Shown here: positions 38,600 through 51,589 of the stretch, piece by piece
Layout of the letters: each line of letters begins with the position of its first letter
Numbering within the stretch: the stretch's first letter is position 1
NCBI RefSeq assembly: GCF_001194135.2
Contig: NC_068981.1
Location: 106,812,430-106,876,429 of the forward strand
Reading direction: 5' to 3'
DNA: 64,000 bases
DNA from: Octopus bimaculoides
Taxonomy: Eukaryota
Notes under the pieces: model-generated
What the model saw: the letters and a program-made list of their open reading frames with translations, nothing else
What the model was told of the DNA's origin: nothing
The model's database searches: none
Program-made: the position numbers and the translations under genes

Positions 38600-39190
38600 A
38601 CAAAAGTTAATGGAGAAGAAACAATACCTGTATTAATTTTGACTATTCTGAGTAGGAAGAACTGGACTGTATCCTTGCTCGATGCATTGAACTGGAGGAG
38701 GTAAGCACTTGAAATTGTGTATTCAGTGCTTATGATGAGTGGGAGTGACAGAGAATTGTAACTTCAAATTTTCAGAATCTGAAAAATAAAACTGTTTGGA
38801 TGTTCTCTAGAGGCAGTTGATGATTTCTAATATTTAAGTGATCTTCTTAGTACTGGGAATGGTTGTCATGAAAGTGCAGTAGCTAAAACAGATGCAGGAA
38901 TTGATACTTCTATTATAAGCAACAAATTCTCTGTCAGTGTACAAAAAGCAGACTTTATGATGTTTTCATTGAATGATAATGTATGGTGATGAAACAGGGA
39001 TATTGAAACTCAAAGACCAGAGGTGGTGTAATCAGTAGGCCAGATAACATCAACTTATGTGTAATGTGGAGCACAAACGAGCCAAGATATTGGGCAGATA
39101 CTAAAGTTATTTGCTGATGTATTTAAGAGAGACAACTGTTCTCCTATGCCTCTTTGATCCAGATAAACAATAAATGCTGTTGAAAGAGTG
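38600..39190 (+). mobile_element. Decayed RTE-clade LINE ORF fragment
   Basis: VDDF*YLSDLLSTGNGCHESAVAK (V..F.YLG..IS..GGC..S..AR-like), MMYGDET (ML.GSETW-like) and LMCNV. Confidence 0.55.
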
Positions 39191-39313
39191 TTGTGAGGTG
39201 ATACTAGAAAGTATCATTGCAAAAGATATGAGAAGTTCTGTGGTTAGTTCTTAGGCAACTGAAAGAATCATGAGGATCACAGTTATCCTGGCCAACAGAG
39301 CCATCCACTCTAT

Positions 39314-39407
<94 letters not shown>

Positions 39408-39431
39408 GCGCGTGCGCGCGCGTACATGCAC
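39314..39431. repeat. (CT)n tract joined to an alternating purine-pyrimidine CG run
   Basis: ~92 bp of CT repeat, then cacgcgcgtgcgcgcgcgtacatgcaca. Confidence 0.95.
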
Positions 39432-40240
39432 AGGCTCTTTGGATTTCTTACAACCATTACATTTGAAATTTGAAAACAGTTTCATGTTTAGACATAAAAA
39501 ATAGGGAAAGAAGAAAATTGTATCATTTGTATATTGTGTATGCATCAGAGTGTCTAAAAATAAAGTGGCTTATAGCTTCAAACTTAATTATGGCTATTGA
39601 ATCAGAATGGGTTATATGCATACCTCACAATAAGTTTCTCTTTCTTATCACAGTTAAACTATTAGTGGTTGGAAGGCTATGTAGATAAAAGAAAAAAACA
39701 AAACAATTGCACTTGTAAATTGTCTTGACATGGAAAAAATGGATATTAAATTTTTTTAAAACAAGTAAGGCAAACAGTTTAAGTATTCCTTCTACTTGTA
39801 ACATTATTACCGTTTCCATTACTATCACTGCTAATTTTAAAAATCTGATATGTATTTTTTTAAGTTCATTTGTACATCAGTAAGTTGCTTCAATTAAAAA
39901 CATTTCTTAAATTTATTTTAATTTTTTCTCATTTTGTCATGAAATCTAGGCTGATATCTAATGAAATAATTGTACCAGAGTAATTTTGTTTAATCACTTC
40001 TATTGCTGTAATTGTTGATGCTCTGAAAAAACATGGATGTATTTAAATGAAAAATAGGTATTCTAATAAAACACTTGACCCATTTTTTTCAATCATTCTG
40101 TTTAAATGTTTCAGAAAAAGAAAAAAATTCTCATCTAATTTTACCTTATGGAAAGAGGATATGTGTGTGTACGTATGCACACATGCTCACGTGTGCATGC
40201 AGGCATGCATGTATGTGTGCAGGCAGGTATGTATGTGTGC

Positions 40241-40415
40241 AGGCAGGCATGGCTATGTGGTTAAGAAGTTGGTTTTCAAACCACACCATTTTGCGTTCAG
40301 CTCCACTGCATTGCAGCCTGGACAAGTGTTCTACTGTAGCTCCAGGTTGACCAAAGCCTTGTGAGTGGATATGGTAGATGGAAACTGAGAGAGGCCTGCC
40401 ATGTGTGTGTATATG
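40241..40415 (+). mobile_element. 5' half of the tRNA-derived SINE (17351-17748 family)
   Basis: ggcatggctatgtggttaag...ccaaagccttgtgagtggatatggtagatggaaactgag. Confidence 0.8.
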
Positions 40416-40741
40416 GGGTGTGTTGAAAAAGTACCTTACTTTATTTTGCCTTGCCAAAAATAAATGCCTTGGGGACAAAATTCTAGGCTGTGTCGATTCC
40501 TGGCTGTCCCGTTTAGAGTACAGACATGTAGTGCACACTCATCAAATATCATTTTCACCAAACGCACCACGTCTGTGCTATTGGTATAACAGTCAGGAAC
40601 AGATGTGGCCTGCTGGCGTGAAAATTTTCACACCAACATAGGAAGTGGCATCACCCCTGCCCAAGGATTTTGCCCATGCAGCATTGTTTTTTGTTTTGTG
40701 TGGGAAAATAAGTTGGATAATTTTTGAATGTACTGCATGTA
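40412..40741. mobile_element. Possible old mariner-type MITE
   Basis: ta|tatggggtgtgttgaaaaagt and aatttttgaatgtactgcatg|ta are weakly inverted (about 12/21). Confidence 0.3.
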
Positions 40742-40953
40742 CATATTTTACACACACAGGCGTGTGCACCCACACACACATATATACATATGATCATTGT
40801 GTGCAGGGATATAGAAGTACTTTAGATGATTAATAAGTATACTTCAAGATCATTGGCAGAGCGATAGATGGATCAGGGCTCTTTAGTTGTTAAGAGGGCC
40901 ATTCAAGACTTGACAAATTAAGATAATATAATCTTAGATTTATAACCATATAT

Positions 40954-41116
40954 AGGTGCAGGCATGGCTATGTTGTAAAAAGCTTGCTTCCCAACCATAC
41001 GGTTCCAGGTTCAGTCCCACTGCGTGGCACCTTGGGCAAGTGTCTACTTTTATAGCCTCAGGCTGACCAAAGCTTTGTGAGTGGATTTGGTAGACGGAAA
41101 CTGAAAAAAGCCTGTC

Positions 41117-41170
<54 letters not shown>

Positions 41171-41978
41171 GTATATATGTATATATATATGTATATATGT
41201 ATATATATATGTATATATGTNNNNNNNNNNNNNNNNNNNNNNNNNNNNNNNNNNNNNNNNNNNNNNNNNNNNNNNNNNNNNNNNNNNNNNNNNNNNNNNN
41301 NNNNNNNNNNNNNNNNNNNNNNNNNNNNNNNNNNNNNNNNNNNNNNNNNNNNNNNNNNNNNNNNNNNNNNNNNNNNNNNNNNNNNNNNNNNNNNNNNNNN
41401 NNNNNNNNNNNNNNNNNNNNNNNNNNNNNNNNNNNNNNNNNNNNNNNNNNNNNNNNNNNNNNNNNNNNNNNNNNNNNNNNNNNNNNNNNNNNNNNNNNNN
41501 NNNNNNNNNNNNNNNNNNNNNNNNNNNNNNNNNNNNNNNNNNNNNNNNNNNNNNNNNNNNNNNNNNNNNNNNNNNNNNNNNNNNNNNNNNNNNNNNNNNN
41601 NNNNNNNNNNNNNNNNNNNNNNNNNNNNNNNNNNNNNNNNNNNNNNNNNNNNNNNNNNNNNNNNNNNNNNNNNNNNNNNNNNNNNNNNNNNNNNNNNNNN
41701 NNNNNNNNNNNNNNNNNNNNNNNNNNNNNNNNNNNTATATATATATATATATATATATATATCTATATATCTATTTATGTGTGTGTCTGTATTTGTCCCC
41801 TTATCTGATGTTGGTGTGTTTATATCCCCCATAACTTAGCAGTTCAGCAAAAAAGATCAATAGAATAATTACCAGGCTTACAAAGAATAAGTCCTGGAGA
41901 TGATTTGTTTAACTAAAATCCTTTACGGCAGTGCTCCAGTATGACCGCACTCAAATGACTGAAACATGTAAAAGAATA
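40954..41978 (+). mobile_element. tRNA-derived SINE whose central (TA)n is expanded and spans an assembly gap
   Basis: Head at 40954-41120 and tail ...gactgaaacatgtaaaagaata at ~41780-41978, with N at 41221-41735 between. Confidence 0.85.
41221..41735. other. Assembly gap
   Basis: Run of N flanked by TA/TG microsatellite. Confidence 0.99.
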
Positions 41979-44615
41979 TATAATACCCAATATTTCTTGT
42001 ATTTGTTTTATTTTTGTAATTTTATGTATGTTCAAGTGAGATATTTTAGTGCTCTGCAAACCATATCTTCCTTTAAGTTATAAATGCCTTATTCCTGCAG
42101 GTTTTGCTTGCTCACATAGGTGCCACTTTCTGGTTCATTAATAAAAGTCATACTCTTTATAGGTTTTGAAAACACACTCATGAATGTTTGGGATGATGGA
42201 GTTGTGAACATACCTTGCTTATATCAATTTCAACTAATCATTTGCACACTTAGCTTTATTTTCTGGTATTTGTCTGATCAAGTTGCGGTGCTCTGCATGC
42301 ATCAGCATGCTGTTGGATTTGTTTGGTTAGTGGTCCATGGCACTAGGATGATATGTTCTATTATTAGCAGTGCACAACACACAATGTACATTTGCTGCCT
42401 CTCACTTACTCCTCACTGCTACATGTCCATCTCAAGGTAATTCAGTCGATCTGTATGTTTCCCACAAAGTTGCATATATGTATAGGGCAATAAATAGATT
42501 AATTTACATGTGTGTGTGTGTGTGTGTATGTGTGTGTGTGTGTGTGTGTTGTGAATGTAACTGCAGTCAGTTCTGATTGAGTAGATTCATGGTGTTAGCA
42601 TTGTTGATTAACTGCTTGGGGCTAGCTGTAAATCCTACATTCTTGATATACCATTCTTTAGTCTGTTCTATAGCCCACACAACACAAAAGTAAAGCAACA
42701 AACTGTTGGTTCTTGCAGAGTGCAATATGACTGTCAGAGTATGTTAACTTTCTTATTTGTATTTCTACATATGGCTGAACATTGTGTTAGTAATAATCAA
42801 CAATGATTGGTAAAAGAGAGTTCTGTTAATGAAATTAGTCTCAATATATTGCTGGTATTTGATGTCATCGGTCCCAGAGGAAAGCAAAGCAAACATATAT
42901 TTGGTGATATTTGAGCTTAGAAATGTGAGTTAAACTAGTTTCATGAAAACATCCAGTTCAATATTTCTAATAATATACCTAATATTCTAGGCACATTTTT
43001 CCATTTATATATAATAAAAATATATAATCTTGAAAAGGAGGAAAGTATTTTTTAAAAAAAGGGGGAGTTTATTCCAAAGTGAATTCTTACTGTTAGAAAG
43101 CTTACTTTTATTGATTTTTCTTGGAGAATATCTTAGTAATAAATTGACAGAAACCCCACACTATTCAGAACAGGTTAAATGGATTAGTAACTGACAGTGA
43201 TGCTTATACATCTATTCTCTATCTAGCGAGATTGTCTTTTGAAAGAGAATATCTACAATTGGCTGGAACAACTGGAGAGAATTTGTTAGTATATTGTATC
43301 ACTATAATGTTATCATAGTGCATGTATCAACAACATTTTGCCAAGTTAAAACTAGTAATATTGTTGCTACTCCTACTTCTGTCATCACAACTATTTCTGC
43401 TAATACTGTTTGTTGTTGCAATATGCACAATGAATTTTTTTCTTTTAATAAATTTTTCATATTATTTACCTCTGTTTAGAAGATATTGGATTGCTCAATT
43501 TTCTAGGCATTGAATTGTTAAGAGAGATGCTTTCTATGAGTAAAATATGCCAATTTGTCACATGCTTTACTCATAGGAATATCACAACCCAATGAAGCAT
43601 TTGGTAATTATGTAATGCTCCTGCTATTTGCAATGGTAAACTGTATCTACCATTGATATCTATTTACAACATAATTGCTCTGGGCTATTGACATACACCA
43701 GATACATATTTGTCATAAATTGTTTATTATGTTGCTTCCCTGTGCTAATTGTTTAGTTATGGCATGTAGGAACTGAATAATCTAAAGCAAGCTGTATAAT
43801 GCACCATTTTCTGGTATCATTATCAATGTGCTCATGCGATTTGAATTGGTCTTCATTACACTGTATTATTGCTCTATTTGACTGTCATTTTGTTTATGGA
43901 GCCCATCATCATAAGAGCCATAGTTACCACTTACTTTCTTTGCAACGAGTACTTTCTCCTGTTAGTTTCTATTCATATTTTCCAGACACTTAACCAAGTA
44001 TTTTAAGTCTGAGCCTCTAAGACGTCCTGTTTAATTTATATTTCTATTTGCAAGCCAATTTGTTCATTCTCCTGATTGTGATTTATTGATAAAATTAAGC
44101 TTTACTTTGTTTTGTCTTTTTTTTTTATGATGTATGAAAATGCTAGTCACAAGGTTTATGAAGTAATATGTATTTGAGGTTCTTTAGAAGAATCGTATCC
44201 AAAATTAAATATCTAATATGACAACAGTTTTAAGGCCATTTTCTCTGCTGTAGTTGGGGTTAGCATTGCAGACTGTTCAAAAACTCAGATGCACTCAGTA
44301 AAATAAAATATGTAATAAAACAGGGGGAAGAAAATGAAACAATGAAATTAGCACACCTGTGGGCTAATCTCACCATATAAACTAACCAAAATGAATGGAG
44401 TAAATTTTGTAAAGGGAGTTGAATATTTCATTTCATTTGTCAAATCAACGTTTCTTACAATTCTTTTGTCATAGATTTAAAATAATCCATTGAATTTCAT
44501 CTCTTCATGCTCTACTTCAATCTATGCCACCTGTAATAGGAAACAAATCCATTACTTTCATAGATACCTTTTTACACTCTGTGTGTGTGTGTGTGCATAT
44601 ATATATATATATATA

Positions 44616-44863
44616 NNNNNNNNNNNNNNNNNNNNNNNNNNNNNNNNNNNNNNNNNNNNNNNNNNNNNNNNNNNNNNNNNNNNNNNNNNNNNNNNNNNNN
44701 NNNNNNNNNNNNNNNNNNNNNNNNNNNNNNNNNNNNNNNNNNNNNNNNNNNNNNNNNNNNNNNNNNNNNNNNNNNNNNNNNNNNNNNNNNNNNNNNNNNN
44801 NNNNNNNNNNNNNNNNNNNNNNNNNNNNNNNNNNNNNNNNNNNNNNNNNNNNNNNNNNNNNNN
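44616..44863. other. Assembly gap
   Basis: Run of N after (GT)n(AT)n. Confidence 0.99.
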
Positions 44864-44912
44864 ACGAAGAGCCAAAAGTTCGTGTGTGATGAGAGGAGAC
44901 AGGATTGGAAAA

Positions 44913-45398
44913 ATGCGAGCATGAAAAGTTATATTCTTAAGATTATAAACATGGAAAAGTACAGGACAAGTTATTACACCTGTAAAAGTATAGGACAAGC
45001 TATTACTTCTAGTAAAGTAAAAAATAAGAAACTTTTTACTTAAAATATTGTAGTAAAGAATGCCAGTTCTTCTAATTTATCACTCTTTACAGTTCTCATC
45101 TTTTAAATCTATTGTACAAAACTGTTCAGCTAATTTGCAAGTTTGTCTGATTAGTTATTTTTTCTCTATTGAAGGTAGTAAATTAGCCAAATTCTACTTA
45201 AATAAGTGTTGTGTTATTTGTGAACTATAATAAAATGTTTCAATATTCAAATTTTTATTTTAGCTGCAATATTTTAAGTAAAAAGTTTCTTATTCTTTAC
45301 TTTACTAGAAATAATAGCTATACTTTTACAGGTGTAATAACTTGTCCTGTACTTTTCCATGCTTATAATCATAAGAATATTACTTTTCATGCTCACAT
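44913..45398. mobile_element. Foldback-like MITE with ~140-bp inverted arms
   Basis: 44913-45054 and 45263-45398 are reverse complements; the ORF track shows SYTFTGVITCPVLFH on both strands. Confidence 0.85.
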
Positions 45399-45715
45399 GT
45401 AATCCATGATTTTTCCAGGCATTGCTGTTAAAAGATAATTATTAATGTGTCAATTAATAATTTAAGATTTTTCCTTATAAACTACTGAAAGATATTTCAA
45501 TTTTTCCATGTAAGTGATAATATTTCAATTTTTTTTCGTGTTTAATTCAAATATATGTTGTGATTGAATTATTTTGTATTACCCTTCCACACCAAATAAA
45601 TCCCAGGGATTTTTACCATGTTGTTGGTTGCACCATGGTTCACCAAAAGTTACAAACAATAAGACCCTAAAGCCATCACATCAGTTACCAGGCTCACATT
45701 AAGTAACCTAATTTT

Positions 45716-46466
45716 GCAATATTAGGAGGTCACAGGAATACATTCAATGAAAAAAAAAAGAATTTCCTATGATTCCGGGATGGTGGTGGGAGGACCTCAT
45801 TTTTTCTGAACTAAAATAAGAGATTTGCAGCATATTAGGAGGTCAGGGTACTTGATTCCACAATTTGGTAATAAAATGCAGACGGATGGCTGGATGAATT
45901 CTCTGAACTTTCAGAACAAGAGAAAAGGAGACATTGATGATTCTTTGGAGGACATACATCCTCAGCCACTTGGACTACTGCTCCCAATTATGGTCACCAC
46001 ACACTATAAAATCTATGGCAGAATTCAAAGCAATCCAGTGAAGTTACACTAAGAAAATTGTCTCTATCCTACAGGGAGAGACTGAAAGAATTAAAACTTT
46101 TCTCCCTAGAACGAAGGTGGGAAAAATAGGCAGTGATATATATCTGGAAAATCCTAGAAGGCCTTGTACCAAACTTTGGTATTGAAAGTTACTCAAACTG
46201 CAGAACGGGGCACCACTGCTTAGTGCCAAAGATCCCAGCATCACCGGGACCAGATACTGCAACAGCTTGGGCTTCAAAGGCCCACAACTCTTCAATATCC
46301 TTCCAAAATACCTGAGAGACCTGCATGATGTGGATATGTCTTTGAAACAAAACTGAATCTCATTCTCTCAAGGCTTACAGACAAGCCTACCTCACAGCAG
46401 GAAACGCAGATGAGGGCAGCAGCATCAAACTCCCTCATTGACTAAATGCCACATATCAGAGGAGGC
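45716..46466 (+). mobile_element. 5'-truncated CR1/L2-group LINE, ORF2 C-terminus and 3' end
   Basis: ILSHLDYCSQLWSPH, YRERLKELKLFSLERR, IYIWKILEGLVPNFG and CNSLGFKGPQLFNILPKYLRDL, with frameshifts. Confidence 0.85.
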
Positions 46467-46539
46467 TTCAAATATTGGTGTAGTGCAGCCCAGCATAACC
46501 ACAGCTTTGAAGCTGAAATATTTTTAAAGATTTAAAGTT

Positions 46540-46619
<80 letters not shown>

Positions 46620-46678
46620 TATATACATGTACATACACACACACACACACACACATGCATACATACATACACATACAT
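46540..46678. repeat. Compound (TA)n-(CA)n microsatellite
   Basis: Read directly. Confidence 0.95.
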
Positions 46679-47749
46679 AACAATCTGTCTTGCTGAGATG
46701 TTACTCATACTCTATGACAATTATATTCCAATATGAAAATGGGAGGTCTTGATCTAATGGAATCAATATTAATCTAGTTTATTTATTTCGTTTTTATTTC
46801 TATTTATATTTTTTTATTTGGCCTTTTTCTATCCTTAAGCACATGATGCTAAGTTTCTCTGTGTAATTTTATCTCTAGTTTGTCAGAGTAGGTAATAACT
46901 GTTGATATTACTTTGAATATATTTATTAGCTATTATTGATCATGTCTGTTTATATACTTACATACTAAATCTAGATATAGAAATAAGTTTATACGTTTTA
47001 GATCATGTGATACTTTCTTGTAAATTTCCTACACTATTATTCTTTATATTATCTGTTCAGTAAGCAACATTTCCTTTGTGAGGTCTCTAGGCAGGATTGA
47101 AGCCAAATGGACATAACATAAACATTCAATCTTTAAATTGACATGAATTATTTAGCTTTTTTTTCTTTTTAATCAAAAGGATATATCTGAGCATCTCTTA
47201 TATATATATTTTGCCAAATCTGATATATAAAAAAAATATTTATTAGTTTGTGTCCTCTTTCTCTGTCCCATGGAAAGTTGACTTGAAAGTATAGTTTTGT
47301 CACAAAGTATTTATCGATATTGCAATAATGAAGCAAAGCCTAGAGCTTATGGTATGATCTGTCTTGACAGAAAATGTCTTCATTGTGTTGGTGGTGACTT
47401 AAGAGGAGAGGATGGTGTGGGGACAGGAAAGACTTAAATAATCATCTGAGATGTGACAGTGACAGTGTAAGGTGCTTCCAGAGGTGAGATGATGTAGGTA
47501 TGTATGATCCACACTGTTCTCTGGTTGTTATCAGACTTAGGGAGGAGAGCAGAGAAACAATTTGTGAACTAGATAAGGAAGAAGAGGCTATTTATCATAG
47601 ATGTGGTAGAAATATGAGAATGACCAAAGCTGAGGGCAGAAAACAAATCATTTGAAAGTAGTAAAATAAAATAGTTGCTATGTGGTTGGAGTAACTACAT
47701 CTACATCTGTTTTGTTGTGGTGGGCCTCATGGATTACAGAAAATGTTCT

Positions 47750-47950
47750 AGAGTGTGGGCCAAAAGAACCTGGCCATTTGGTAGTAGCCACAAAGGTGCT
47801 CTATACCAATGAAAGGCATGATGCCGTGACAAACTGCTGAAATCATTATGATGCCCCGTCCATAGCTGATGAACAGAATGTCCTGCAGTTTAAACTGTAT
47901 GTAAAATATAGCATTGTTAACAAGAAATTGAATTTCTCTCATACGTGTAA
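47750..47950 (-). mobile_element. Possible Tc1-like transposase fragment
   Basis: YGRGIIMISAVCHG resembles the GGGSVMVWA..S..G motif; isolated, with no TIR seen. Confidence 0.3.
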
Positions 47951-49538
47951 TTAAAATGAATCTCTTAAGCCAGTAAAAGAGACTTTACGCAAACATTTGA
48001 CACAGAAGAAATGCCAACCAAAACTCTTCAAATTATATCCTACTCTATTAAGAAAATATCATAAAAGGTAGATTGGATATTACTATCCAAAATGCACTAC
48101 ACTAAAAAACAGAAAGAAGGGATAGTTTGATTGGAAGCCCTTTGGTCATAAGTCTGCTTTATAAAAACTAACCACCTGGTGCTAAAAAACATTAATCTTT
48201 TGAGAGTGCTGCTTAAAGTTTAAACTGCTAGCTCCAATCAGTTTTGCTTCTATGTCCCCCATGTTAGTTATTATTAGTTTAATAGATTTGCTGGGTTTTG
48301 TTTCATTCCCCCCCCCCCTGATTTTTGGTAGTTCTTTAGGACCGAAGACCAGTTTTCTTTTTGAATTTTATATTTTCTCTCTGAACTAGCCACCATCAGC
48401 CAGCTTAAAGCATTGTCTCATGTTGTTTGTTATCATTACATATCTAAATCAATGCAATAATTTTACATGCTAGTACTGTTCAGTGTCTTTGATATCTGCT
48501 TGCTTTACTCAACCCATACCAGTGTATTGTCTTGTAAATTCACATTTACAACCACCTGATCATACTAATGTCCTCATTTTCTAGATTTTATGTCTTTTAT
48601 ATTCGTTATCTACATTTCATTGCCATACAAACATTATACATTATACATGTGTTGTAAACAAGTAAATCTTGTATGATGAGAAAATTCTCTTGTTATTCAG
48701 AAAAAAACATCAATTTTCATCCTAGTACTTGAAACTTCTGTTAAATAATGTGTTTATGTGATGTTAGTGTATTTTAAGATGATTCAATTTATGGTATATT
48801 TCTTGGTCTTTTCAAACCTTTGATTCAAACAGATCATTACTGAGTAATTTGATATTTCTACAAATAATGACTGAAAATTTTCAAACATACTATCATGGTG
48901 TCTTCTTTGATTTGATCTAATGTTTCATGATTCTGTAAATCAACATTACTGCTTCTTTCTGTTTATTTAATTTCCTTCTAAAGTTTAACTTCCCTCTGTT
49001 TTTTGTGCTTTTTTTTTTACCATACTAATTTTTTTCCCTTAGATTTTTACAAAACAAGTTTCTGCAGCTGTGCTGGGAAAATTGGATTGTTAATTTTTAA
49101 GAATATACTGAACTATTTCAGATTTATAGATCATTCTCATTACATTCTTTCTGCACCTATTACTATCAATTAATATCATATAGTATGTATTGCCATCATA
49201 GGTAAAGGTCTGAACTTTCAAGAATTAAATGACCTCTAGAACCTGACTGAAAGGCAACTTTCAGGAATTAAATGGCCTCTAGAACTTCACTGAAAGGCAA
49301 AATCGACCATGGTAGGATTTGAACTCACAAAGTAAAGAGTCAGAACAAATACAGCTAGACATTTCGTCCATCTAACAATTTTGCCATGCCATGTAATATT
49401 ATTGTCATATGCTACAATAAGACCACACATTTTGAGGGAAGCTTAATTAAATCAATGCAGCATTTGGTGTTCATTTTACTAAGCACTAAACAACAATATG
49501 CAAAGTTGACTTTGACAGAATTTCAACTCAGTACTTAA

Positions 49539-50532
49539 CCCTTTCATTACTATATTTCTGACCAAAATACACCCCTCATACGTTTCAATTAAATTCTAAA
49601 ATAATCATGAATTTAGACTAGTCTCATTAAACACCTGTAACTTTTTTATTTATCAACATATTAATGTGATATTTGGAGCATAATTAAAGAAAGGGTTCTT
49701 AATCAATTCTATTGCATAATTTTTGTCTCAAAGTTCTCCACGTACTGAGGTACTGCTAGTGTCTCTCACATGTAAATATTGGTTCAGCTTCACAAATCGT
49801 ACTCGTTCATAATACTGGAAACATATTCATCGCCAAAAGGTTCCTGATTGCTCCAGTAATTTGTTATTCTGGGTAACTGTCTAATACCCATAATAATATT
49901 TNNNNNNNNNNNNNNNNNNNNNNNNNNNNNNNNNNNNNNNNNNNNNNNNNNNNNNNNNNNNNTGGAAAAAATAAGAAAAAGAAGTCTAAAGGTTTCGCTT
50001 CCTGAGAAAGACTATGGGTAGACCCTGTCTCCTCAGAAAAATTGTTAATAAAAATATTTTTAAAATCTTTACTCCATTCTGGTGTAAAATCATCCTCACT
50101 GTCACCGTCGCTGCTTTCAGTTTCAGGTACAGAAATATCCGATTCATTATTGTTCACCACGTGCTTTTGTAGCTCATTCATTCTGTTCTTCGATATCTCC
50201 ATATCTTCTGTTGAAAAACCTTCAAATTTGGAATCACTGCTTGATAGCATGAAACTCCTCTCCATCTTCAAAGTTGAAAAAAATTAACGCCGCAAAAAAT
50301 GTGGAAAAAAATCTTACAAAATTCACTGAGTTCAAATATGCCAAACAATGTTGGATACAATAACTCAACTGTTTGCAAAGTGAAATCACATATTTTAACG
50401 AATGTACTAATGAGATTTGGGTCCAAATATACATTTAAATAACAATGGGTACTCTCAGCCGGCTACGGCGGAATTGGTCTTATGAACCAAAAAATTTTTC
50501 AGCCAGCTATGGCCGGGTTAGTAACGAAAGGG
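49539..50532 (-). mobile_element. Internally deleted piggyBac transposon
   Basis: TTAA at 49535-49538 and 50533-50536; TIR ccctttc(a/g)ttacta; subterminal repeats cagcc(g/a)gcta(c/t)ggc near the 5' end. Confidence 0.9.
49735..50265 (-). pseudogene. N-terminal part of a piggyBac (PGBD4-like) transposase; catalytic core deleted
   Basis: Acidic N-terminus, then W...F.EETG...PLDFF.LFF, an N-gap (49902-49962) and IIMGIRQLPRITNYWS...RFVKLNQYLHVRD. Confidence 0.8.
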
Positions 50533-50653
50533 TTAAGGCTTTGTCAGTGAATATCATCAGACATTTTGTTTGATGCTCCAAGGCCTCAAAGTTATCATTT
50601 AACAGATTAGGAAAAGTAGCCAAATCTTTTCAAACCATGCCTTGCTACTTTAA

Positions 50654-50865
50654 CCCTTTAGCATTTAAATCAACCATATCCAGCCAAAATATTTTACCTG
50701 TTTTATGTTCAAACTGACCAGGTCCAACATCTCACACCTACCTTACAGTGTCTTCTTAAAAATAAACAATCACAATCTCAAAGCTATGAGATAATGCATA
50801 TCTAGTTGAAAACAATGTGAATAAATACACATCACATTTGATAGAGTAATCTGAATGGTAAAGGG
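50654..50865. mobile_element. piggyBac-type MITE, complete
   Basis: ttaa|ccctttagcattt ... gaatggtaaaggg|ttaa. Confidence 0.9.
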
Positions 50866-51589
50866 TTAAGAAGGAAGTAAATATTAGATAAAATAATCTG
50901 AGATACAATACATCTGGAAACAGTAGAATTGTCATAGTCTACTTAGTTGGTGCCAGCTTGAAGCTAAACAACAGCAACATTATGCCATACCACCTTGTTG
51001 TACTAGCATTGTATATTACCATTATAGCAAAAAGTATAGTCCAAAGAAATTACAATAGTAAAAAGTAATACAAATAGTTCAGAGTGGAATGAATTTTGAA
51101 ACATAACAAAGATGTCTAATTTTTCTGACACATGTCAGAAAGAAAGATAAAATAAAGGTCATAATGCAAGATGCAAAATCTGAATAAGAGGTGAAGAAAC
51201 AATGAAGTGTAGATGTCAAGAGAGTTGGGGTGGGTGAAAAGCTAGCATTTGTTGGTGTGAGTTGTATGGGAGGAGGTTTGAGTGATATGGAAAGAAGTAA
51301 GGTGTTCAGAGGAGTGGTCAAGTCAGTAGGTAGGAGAAACAAAGAATGGTGAGGCAATAATGTTAAGGGTCAAAAGACAAAGTGGAGTATAAATGCAATA
51401 ACAAGATCAGCTCTAGTGAGGCAGAGGGAGTGAGAATGTGTTGGCAGTTGTGGTCAGAACTGTAGATTAATAAAAGAGAGAAAAGTGTTAGTCAGCAGTT
51501 TGGGGGCTGAACTCTTAGGAGGCAAAAAGTGTAGTAGTCCATGTTGAGAAGTAGTGTAGAGGGAGAGGTTTGATGATAAAACTAGAGCA

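Noticed and set aside
38660-38700. GAG|gtaagc donor after ELDCILARCIELEE
   Set aside because: Lies within the RTE ORF remnant, which continues past the donor.
41050-41839. Long ORFs of 220-260 aa (also 44490-45043)
   Set aside because: Artefacts of N-runs and TA/TG microsatellites.
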